From Eledone cirrhosa (taxonomy: Eukaryota): a stretch of 64,000 nt of DNA. The position numbers were made by a program, and so were the translations under genes. Position 1 is the first letter of the stretch; every line of letters begins with the position of its first letter. Shown here piece after piece: positions 53,855 to 64,000 of the stretch. The DNA lies in the NCBI GenBank assembly GCA_964016885.1, contig OZ024740.1, forward strand, positions 274,040,001 to 274,104,000. The letters run 5' to 3'. The notes under the pieces were generated by a model, which saw only the letters and a list, made by a program, of their open reading frames with translations, ran no database searches and had not been told where the DNA came from.

Positions 53855-53994
53855 TGATGACCTAGATAAATATATAAACTAGCAGAAAGGCCACCCCTCG
53901 GGTGGTTTTCTGCTAGCATATGTAGTGTGCATATTGGTATTATACGCAAATATATATGCATATAGATATATGTAAATTGAAAAGTAAATGACAA

Positions 53995-54640
53995 TATCTT
54001 CTTCGCCCACTCATTTCTGAGTGAGTCGTGGGGGCAGAGTCCTTCTCAAACACTCCTTCCAGCGAGTCTGTCAGAAGCAAACATCTCTAACTGGTCCAGC
54101 TTGATCCCAAAGCGTGACCAGCCAAACATGGATGATATCCAACTATCTTGCTCAGGGTCTACCTCTGGGTCTCTTGCCGGTTGATTTTGCCTGTAAAATC
54201 TATTCAGCCATTCTTTACTGAGACATTCAAACCACATGCTCATAATATCGGAGTTGTGATCTCTCAAGTTAGAGAAGTAGCGGCTCTACCAGGAGTGACT
54301 TTATAGTCGCTGAGCTATGCACTTTATCGAGTAACGTTACTCCAAAGACCCTTCGGAGGAATCCCATTACTGCTGCTTTTATTACTGCTGCAATTGTATT
54401 CTTTTGGTCATTACCGAAGATTCATGAACCTCGCTAAGAGTTGGCAGGAATACCAGGAAAACAGCGAGTTTGACTTTTACACCTACCCCCTTCATCTGAT
54501 TGCTGAGGCTGGCACATTACTGCATCATCTTTTACAATTCTTGCTCTTAATTCAGCCTCCTGCATTCCATCACTCATGAACACTTGAGATACTTGAACTT
54601 CTCTAACTGCTTCAGTAGAACTCCATTCACATGGAATTTG
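53995..54640 (-). mobile_element. Decayed RTE-like LINE 3' fragment
   Basis: Frameshifted remnants of RWF.H...RPRGRPRTR-like and GWSRFGI...ASDR motifs. Confidence 0.55.
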
Positions 54641-56049
54641 CGGGACTTCTGTCCACCCTCCGTCACACAATGTGCATGTGTATGTGTATTTGTGTGAATG
54701 TATGTGTGTAAAAGGAAGGAAAGAGATACACACATATATATGTCACTAACTTAAAAACAGTGACACACACACATACGCCTCTAATTTAAGAACGCCGATA
54801 AACTCACGCGCGCACATATACACGCACACACTGTCCTATTACCACTTAAGAGCTTTGGCACGGGAAAACATCTCCTCAATTTTGGAACCGTCTGGGTTGT
54901 CCAGAATTGATGGGAAAAGATTTGACGGTCTTACAAGAGGCAGATGCCTTATCTGAGACCTCACATTTAGTGACACTTTTCCTTCTTCTCACATTCTGGA
55001 TGCAGCGGCAAGGGCGAGATAATATAGATATAATCTTATATCATAATATATTATAATATATAGTGTGTATTATACATTATTTATAATATATATTGTATTA
55101 ACTAAAGGGATATATAATATACAGAAGCGAAGACCAATCCAAACCAAACAGTTAGTGTGTTTTATATATTTTTGGCAATATTATAACGATATGACACTCC
55201 CCAAATATAACAATATTTGTTTCAACACATGATTTCAAGTCAAAAACTTTACAAAACAAATTAATCGACATCACAGCACAAGCTTATATATGTATTTATG
55301 TATGTATGTATGTATGTATGTATGTATGTATGTATGTATGTATGTATGTATGTATGAATGTATGTATGTGTGTATGTATGTGGGTGTGTGTATGTGTGCG
55401 CGCGTGTGTGTGCGTGTGTGTGTGTGTGTTAGTGTGTTTGAGTACATACACATATTTTTTCGCATGGCATACTGGCATTCTCTACCAAATGTGTCCCTCT
55501 CCATGGATTACGGGAGTTTGAATATCACCTTTTTTACGGTACACATGCACACATAGAGCTCTAGATAGATATACGCGCTTGCACACTCACACACATTAAT
55601 AATCCTCTCAAATGCACTACCATACACACACACGGGCACACCCGCACTGGTTATACACAACGTCATCAAGAACAAAATACAAACCACTCCAGCATACAGG
55701 CTCACATACCTGCATACACATACACATACACACAAAGAAAATGCAAATCATCTGCATACACATAGCAGTACCTATGATGGCTCTGAACTCTCCATCACCA
55801 CCTCGGTGCTTTTTGATGAATACTCTTTTTCTTTTTCCGTCCACCTTCCAGCTTTCTCTTTCTACTAAGTTTACTCCTCTCGATGAACGACTAAATTCCA
55901 ATATTTGAGACTTTCTTTTTCCTTTTCCAGCATCCACGTCATTAATAATTCTTTGCGTAATTGTATATCTGTATGTTGTCATTTTAAAATATTTTTTTAA
56001 ATCTTAAACTTATAAGTAGGTTCGAATTTATCGGCCATTTATAGAGCTG

Positions 56050-56690
56050 TAACAGATGATACGGTTGGTGTTGTAAGTAGAACTGCACCTTTCAAGGTTT
56101 TCTTTTCAGGTCTTCATGAATGGAAGCTCCCAAATGAACTTTGCTGCAACACGTTATTCCATCAGTCTTATAGCCTATGAAACTGCACTTATAATAGGGT
56201 TTAGCTCAGGAATGTGCTTATTTAGCTTAGGGTCATAAGGACCTGCAAATATAAATAACATGTCAGCTATGAGATGCGAAAGCTTCTTTTAAATCGTTTC
56301 TTGGTGATGAGAAAAAGTTCCCTTTTGGGAGAAAAAGTTAAATTAGCTTTCTCCCTAAACACTTCTGAAGACATTGATCGTTCACGGTGATAGAATTTTT
56401 CCAATGCAATTTTACCACGTTCAAATGTTGCGGAACTAGGTCCATTAATAATTGCTGCACTTGCTGACGATTTTGTCGGTGTTTCAGTGTCAGTGATACC
56501 ATATATGGTATGTTTGCCATTAAGCCAGTTTTGAGAAGTGCTCAAATAATTTTCTCTCTTTAAAGAGCATAACGCCATCTTATCCGATGAGTATGTTTGG
56601 TGTGTGAAACATATTTTTTTTTACGTTGTGTTTCTTGAAATACTCGTCTTAGTCACTTTTGGGGGCTTGCGTTAGTCACCATTATAAATG
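56050..56690 (-). pseudogene. Possible highly decayed Tc1/mariner transposase
   Basis: Loose resemblance only: GPSSATFER (N-terminal) and IPELN..ISAV..ME*RV (C-terminal). Confidence 0.3.
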
Positions 56691-58802
56691 TAATCAAATC
56701 AAGTTTAAGCTAATTAACAGCGAGGTGCGAATTGAAACACATGCGTTGACGCCGACATCCAATGATAAATAATAAGTTTCAGATGAATTTATTAAATGGT
56801 GGCAAATAATGGATTGTCAGTAATTTGTTTGACTTACTCTATATTTGCTTATTGCTTTAATATAAACGAATAAACCTGCAAATAAACAAGTGAGAAATTT
56901 ACAGTGTCTTGATTCACTTTAGCATTAATAGGTCAAGAAAATATACTGGACCTCAAAAAAAGATGTAGATTCGATAGAAATGCAGGGCAGCGCTAATAAT
57001 TTGAAATACGCCATGAAAACTAGCTCCAGACGTATGACACATTGTCAACAGAATCAGCAGTTGTAATTTACCTTTTTGACAGCTAATAAGCTGACTGTTA
57101 ACCTAATTAATATACCCCTACTTTGAAGAGTAATTCGTCAAAAACATCAGTTTTTAATCTATTTTTCTCGTTTCTTCCATTTCGAAATATTTTTTCATGT
57201 TGTAATTGTTGTTGTTGTTGTTGTTGTTGCTTTTGCATGGCTTGGTGCACAGCTTTTCTAAATACTGGAAACGCGCCACATGCAGTTTCTTGGTTAACAG
57301 AGCATGAGCATGATATGATTCTGATTAACGTAAATTCCAACTGTTTTGTACGTAGGCTTTAGGGAACAATCTGCCAACTGAATTATAGGTAGACATCTGC
57401 ACATAGATGAGGACAATATAGACTCCAAGATATTCAACGATCAATTACATAATTGATATTCAGAATTCAAAAACATAATGGAACTAAAACTGTAGTGATA
57501 TTGATAAACTTCATAAGTCATGAGTAAGAGCGTATCAGCTGTCTTGTGGGTTGAAAATAGTACATTAAAAATCTTTTCACTACACTAGATGAATAGGAAT
57601 ATTATCCAAATTTATATATTAGCATTCATAAACATTCATTACCATTCATAAACAGAATACCATGAGCTGTGACTATAAACCAGTATATTAAATCTTTATG
57701 TAAAGAGAAATAAAAAAGCAAACGACATAGAACAATGAGAAAATATATTAGTTTAATGCTTGAAATTAAGAAACGAGTCTTAACGTTTCGGACACTATTC
57801 GTTCACCAGAAAATAGAATTATAAATAAAAAATTAAATAGAATGATAAAGGGTAAGAAGAAAAAGAAGGAAGGAAAAAAAATTGAGAAAAAACATAACTC
57901 CACCTAAATTATTGAGTTTCCTTTTACTTTGTTACTGATAGGACACTCTATGTAATCACACGTACAAACACACACAGGCACACACACCTATGAGTATGTG
58001 TTTGTGCTCAATGAATATTTATGCTTAGTTTTCTTTCCTTTACGAATGTTTTCTATGTGTTCTATGAATGTTTTAGAATTGAGTAGTTGGCTATATTTGA
58101 TGTACTCTGGTGATGGTGATGTGAAGAAATATTTAATGTGTTAGTTGCCTCATTAAGTCTAGTTATTTAGTTATTGATATGGGGTTAGAATACTTATGCA
58201 GTAGTAGCTGGAGAATTGCGGACGGATGTGAGGGTTATATCTACTGCGTAGAAGGCTGTCTGTATGCTTTGTGGAGAGGTAGGATGTATCTTTACGGTAC
58301 TTCATTTGGAGAGAGCTATTCTTGTACGCTACATAGACTTGATGGCCTGACAGGCAGTGTGCTAGTCAACGATTGGTGTAGTTTATTAAGAGTTGTTGAG
58401 TCATTTTACGTATCAGCGGGTTGCTGTGGATAGAGTTGAAAGATGTTTTACTCAACATCATCATAACCGTTTTATTTCGTTTTCCACGTTGGCATAGATT
58501 AGATGGATTGTCACTTTCTGAGACTAGATCTATTCAATGACTACGACCTGCACGTACGTTTCAGTTTGGCATAGCTTTTACAGCTGGATGTCCTTCCTTA
58601 TGAAAACCATTTACAGCGTGTCCTCGGTGTATTTTATCATGGAACCAGAACTACCATTTGACATTGTGTAATGGTGCATTTTATCATAGAACCAGAACTA
58701 CCGCTTTACAGCGTGTAGTGAATGCATTTTATCATGGAACCAGAACTACCACTTTAAAGTGTGTTCTGATGTGCATTAAAGTGGGTTCTGGTGTGCATTT
58801 TA

Positions 58803-58914
58803 TCATGGGAGTCCGATCAGCTTTAGCTGTGTGGATTTCATGGGAGTCCGATCAGCTTTAGCTGTGTGGATTTCATGGGAGTCCGATCAGCTTTAGCTGT
58901 GTGGATTTCATGGG
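58803..58914. repeat. 35-bp tandem repeat x3
   Basis: Unit tcatgggagtccgatcagctttagctgtgtggatt. Confidence 0.95.
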
Positions 58915-59591
58915 CGAGAGATTACAGATCGTCCGACGCGAGTGAAGTGTGAGCAGGAAAAGACCCCACTTCAGGCCAAACAGGAGGAAGTGAGAAGGGG
59001 AGAAGCAGAGAGTGGGTGAGTGGAAGTGCGAGGAAGAGGCCAGTCGAGAGAAAGTGTAACTGACAGAGGGGGTGAAAGAAGGTGAGAGAAACAGAGAGAG
59101 CGGGAAAGCAGTAAGAGAGAAACAGACAAACGCAGCTCGGGAAAAATATATATAAAAAACATGAGAAGAAAGAATACTGCGTGGTTGCACATGGGTTACA
59201 TATGATAAAAATAGTCCTTCATCAGTGATTTTCCAACCTTCATTGGTATTTCATCGCTTTAAAAATCATATACCTCCAGTTGGTGCGAGCAATAGCTAAA
59301 TAAAGCTATTGGGACAAGTAAATCGCGTAAAGCGAGCGAGACAAGTAAACAAACATAGAAGGATAGCAACGCAAACATAGGAAAAAACAAGCACATGGGA
59401 GTCCGATCAGCTTTAGCTGTGTAGATTTCATGGGCGAGAGACTACAGACCGTCCGACGCGAGTGAGGTGTGAGCAGGAATAGACCCCTCTACAGGCCAAA
59501 CGGGAGGAAGTGAGAAGGGGAGAGGCAGAGAGTGAGTGAGTGGAAGTGGGAGGAAGAGGCCAGTCGAGAGAAAGTGTAACTGACAGAGGGG
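58873..59591 (-). mobile_element. Non-coding element with about 200-bp direct terminal repeats (pLTR-like)
   Basis: 58874-59072 is repeated at 59394-59591 with scattered substitutions. Confidence 0.6.
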
Positions 59592-59648
59592 GCGATCAGT
59601 TATAAAAATATTTTGCATGTTGTATCCCAACAAATTAACTATAACCTC

Positions 59649-59690
<42 letters not shown>

Positions 59691-59743
59691 TAAAAATATT
59701 TGGTTGTTGTATCCCAACAAATTAAATTAAATATAACCTCTAC

Positions 59744-59780
<37 letters not shown>

Positions 59781-59937
59781 GAGAGAGAGGTTATATTTAA
59801 TTTGTTGGGATACAACACGCAAAATATTTTTATAACTGATATAAAGCACTCAACAAATTATCCAGGAGATTCCAACCTGAATGGTTGCATTTTTTCGGGG
59901 TATGTCAATATTTATTTATAAAACAAACCTATATTAT

Positions 59938-60000
59938 ATTTTATCTGATGAAAGCGCACCATAGTTTGCTTGGCGGCCCTTGAAATATGTATAATGAAAT
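59938..60000 (+). ncRNA. Type I hammerhead ribozyme, family of 32609-32671
   Basis: ATTTTAT CTGATGA AAGcgcaCCA..TGGcggccCTT GAAA TATGTA TA^ATGAAAT. Predicted cut after 59993. Confidence 0.75.
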
Positions 60001-60039
60001 AAATATGGTTTTATAAATATAGTTTCCATTTGTTCATAT

Positions 60040-60088
<49 letters not shown>

Positions 60089-60854
60089 CTATCTTTATAA
60101 TACAACACGAAAGTCAATTTTCTGGGCGACGGTAATTTGATATTATTTACTCTCTCTCATAAGGCTGTTAACAAGATGGTCAGTAGTCCAGCGGGCATCT
60201 ATCTATCGCTATCTGTGTATTTATCAATCTATAGACAACATTTGCAACAATATCTATTAATCAACTTATTTATCTACATGTCTCACACTTTGTCTGTCTG
60301 TTTACCAACACATCTACCTATCTATCTTTCCGTTTACCAATCAATGTATGTATCTATCTACCTAACCTTCCATCTATCTATCTACATATCTATTTATTTA
60401 CATACCTCTATATCTATCTGAGTATCTGTTTATCTCTTTATCCGTCTATATATGTTTTGATTGCCTCTATCTCTACCAACAAACATACCTTCTTATCACC
60501 CTATGCACCAATCTATGTTCACCTATCTATCTCCCTACCAATCTATCAATATTCCTACATGTCTATTCATCTACTTACGTATCTCTATATATGTGTATCT
60601 GTCTACCTTTCTATCTACCTCCCCGCCTCTCTATCTGCCTGACTGTCAATCTATAGTTATCTATTTATGTATACAAATGTATCTATCGTCGGACAAGAAA
60701 AACACTAACAACAAGAAAGCACAAATCCTAATAGCACTCCGATGATAGTCAGATAGATAAACAGGTAATCAGACAGACTAACAGATATATACATAGATAG
60801 AACAAGCCAGTGTAATTTAGTGAATATGTTTGATAATTATTAAATAATATATAT

Positions 60855-61020
60855 AGAGGGTCGGACGCCATGCTTTGCAACATAGAGTTACGGCCCTTTA
60901 CGATATGAGTTCAAATCCCACCGGGGTTAACTTTGCCTTTCATCCTTACGAGGTCGATAAAATAAAGTACCAGTAATACACTGGGATAATTGCTGGCCTT
61001 GTGGCAAAAGTAGAAACAAT
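60855..61020 (+). mobile_element. SINE family A (5'-truncated)
   Basis: Consensus match. Confidence 0.88.
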
Positions 61021-61206
61021 TAAATAATATATTGTCATTAAATATAATATGGCACTGGTGAAGTGAAAAGAACGGTGTCAAGGAAAATCGAGGAGTAAAG
61101 CATCATCGCATAGAGCGTAATCATAATCAAGGAATTATTTATTTAAATACTTTTTTACTATATACGCTAGAATTATTGACGGGTACCATGCTAGTATATA
61201 TTTATA

Positions 61207-61238
<32 letters not shown>

Positions 61239-61565
61239 CATACATACAAACATACACACACAATACACATATGTATATAGAGGATGTCCCTTAAAAATGT
61301 ATGCATACTTCAACAATAGCATTCTAATAAATATTGCCTTTATAGATAATTAAAGTGTATACACATTTTTGAGATATATATATATATAGCAAACATCACG
61401 AGCGCTCTATCTCAAAATTATTTTTGAAAAGCATTAGAAATGCGCAACCGGTAAAAACTTAAAACTAAAACTGAATACTAACCAATACTTATTACTAATT
61501 TATACTTATTCCTAATTAAACTATTTTTCACTGGGAAAATTTGTCAGCATTTTCTTTTCCTTTTA

Positions 61566-61623
<58 letters not shown>

Positions 61624-63729
61624 CATATGTACGCATACGTATGCATATTAATTTCTATTCAGCCAATGTTGTGAGGCAAATGAAATGTTAAAAGGTTGAA
61701 CCCCTCGCCTCGCATCCCCTATCTTTAGACATCAACCTAAACAACTTCATATATAAATGAAAATATAAAGAAAAATATACTGACTGTACTCTTAAAAACG
61801 CTTACGAAATTCAAATCAGCATCACAGATAAGTGAACAGCTCGTAGATATACCGTCTTAGCTTTAGTTATCATGTAACAAACCAGTAGAGATCTCGTTTC
61901 CTTTTGCCTAGCTAAACTTTCAACTAAGGCCAAAGTCTCCAATCATGAATAAATGTAAATACACCCCTAAGGAAAATGTGTGAAATCCGTGCCAATTTTC
62001 ACTTTGTCAGTATTCGTAGCAGCCATTCTTCTCGCTTTTTGCGGGGGCCCGTAAGCCATAAAATTGCAGTTTATATGCCCTTTTCCACCTCTAAACAATT
62101 AACTGTCTTGGCATGTCTGTGTCTATGCAGGTAGCCAAGCGATAAATTAAAAGTCTGACATTAACCTCTTTCTACTGTAAGCCAGCCTTTTTCTACCAAT
62201 CAACAATCAGTTCCAAAGTACATAATATACATAGGACATTTTTTCAAAGTGATCTTGAATAGGATGTTTGGTGTAAGTTGGTGGTTTAAAACTGATAATA
62301 TAATTTGTGTTCAAGGAGACAAATAGTCGGAAGATGTAACTAAAATAAATGCACGTTTAAATAAACAATTAATTCAATACATTTATATTCACTAGTGGAC
62401 AATCTACAGCAGCCAATCGAACGAAGGTGCTTCTATGTTGTCGCATGACTTGTTAGAAATAGTAGCTGAAAATTACCTTAAATCACCAAACCCAATTTTC
62501 TTACAATCAAAGTCATTTTTTGGTCTCGATTTTCCCTTCCCAGTAATTAGACAAGATAGACACAGCTATGTTTGATATTGTAGTTGTGTACATCATAGAT
62601 TTTAGATCTGCTTGTTCCAAGCTAATATGCGGCTCCAATAAAATTAACACCTACAAGCCTAAACTAAGACATCATGTGCCAATGTAAAAGTGTCTACGTA
62701 GTTGCTGAACTCGCTAAAGTTACCTCATAAATCGCCCTTACCTTAAATAAAGCTCTACTGTCTTAACACAATTACACATTGAATACTATGGTACTTGGCT
62801 CCCTGGATATAAAGGAAACCTGGGCTGGTCGTGTCAGGAATTCTTTTTAATATAGATCTACTTTATCAGATCTAAACAACAACAATTAAACTTTGAGAAG
62901 GCAATGAAGTAATTGCTCCGTGGCTGCGTGAATGCTCTTTTCTATATTTAGTAGAAGCAGACCTGTCAACACTACCCGTCTGACGGGGGGGGGGGGGCGA
63001 TCTCCCAGCCACTTTGGGGTGGGTGAGGGATATCTTCTCTTGCAAAAATGAGTATAATTTTCATTATGTAAAATCTCCCCATATTGACTCATTTTTTTCC
63101 CGTTTTGGGGCACTTTTTTTCATGTTACTCCTCGCTTGGATTTTTAGAGGTTGGCAGGTCTGCAGAACGTGTGACCACGTAAAGGTTTCCTTATACCGTC
63201 TCTCGTCGACAGTAATATCTATCTATTTCTAATAGTTCTTAGAACGACATATATACGTTCTCTTAGCATACAAACTTACAAATTTCATATCAACGTTCTT
63301 TCATACATAAGTGTAAGGCTTCAATGTATTTTATGTTTTAAGTGAACAAATGCTGTCTAGATGGAGGACTATTAAACTAATTGTTTAACTAAAGGGTCTA
63401 TTAGGAATGCCATGTTGTACTGAGATGTCTTGGTAACATTTAATATACAAATAATATAATTAATTATGTGATATTAATATCAGATATATAAGAAAAGAAC
63501 TATATATTAAGGTCATGTACAGGTCAACAAAACAAATCAAAACGACACCAAAAAGAAAGGAGGAAAGACGGTAAATTGAACTCTTGTTAAACCTATTAAA
63601 AATAGCATACTACTAAAAGCCAAGATAAATTAATGTCGAAAACTAGATACACACGCACACTCACATACATACATACATACATACATACATACATAAATAC
63701 ATACATACATACATACATACATACATACA

Positions 63730-64000
63730 TACATGGTGGTGGCTGCCAACTCGTTTTCGAGTACGGCCACTACTTTATATCCATGTAGGAGAACCCCTAC
63801 AGATGCGCTGAACGAGTGTGACTTTTTAGTCCAGCCAGCGACTTGAAAACTCTGGTACAAACACTACACTTGTGACAATTATTGACACAGTGCTGGGCCC
63901 ATGGTACCATGTGACGACAAGTGCAGAGAGATCTCCAGATATAAAGCAATGCTTGTGCCGTGAAGCTTTTATAGTGAGTAAAGGCACTGCACAAAGCCAG
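63730..64000 (-). mobile_element. RTE/BovB-type LINE 3' end (continues beyond window)
   Basis: C-terminal zinc finger CSVCTRVFKSLAGLKSHTRSAH, then 3' UTR gtactcgaaaacgagttggcagccacc and a (TATG)n tail. Confidence 0.7.

Noticed and set aside
56880-57340. PolyQ ORF 57107-57340 and homeobox-like sites (TGACAG, TAATTA)
   Set aside because: The polyQ comes from a (TTG)n tract, and short motifs are expected by chance without conservation data.

Overview
AT-rich, repeat-dense eukaryotic DNA with no host protein-coding gene that I can support. The (TA)n/(ATT)n microsatellites and SINE families resemble octopod cephalopod genomes (inference). Recognisable contents: one full-length but decayed Tx1/L1-clade LINE, three R4/Dong-type LINE relics, RTE and CR1 fragments, Helitron ends and helicase fragments, mariner and piggyBac-type MITEs, and about 25 tRNA-derived SINE copies. 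The most striking unexplained signal is a set of short non-coding elements in or next to (TA)n tracts. They carry minimal type I hammerhead ribozymes (helix I - CUGANGA - helix II - GAAA - palindromic helix III - UH - helix I'), most often as divergent pairs inside long fold-back palindromes. There are at least 9 such loci in several sequence subfamilies, with a compensatory base-pair change in helix I, a recurring U.U/NUU variant, very long helix II variants and a shared ACTC...TGAGTGCT 3' tail. They look like Penelope-related, non-autonomous, retrozyme-like elements. All folds were made by eye, and cleavage activity is untested.
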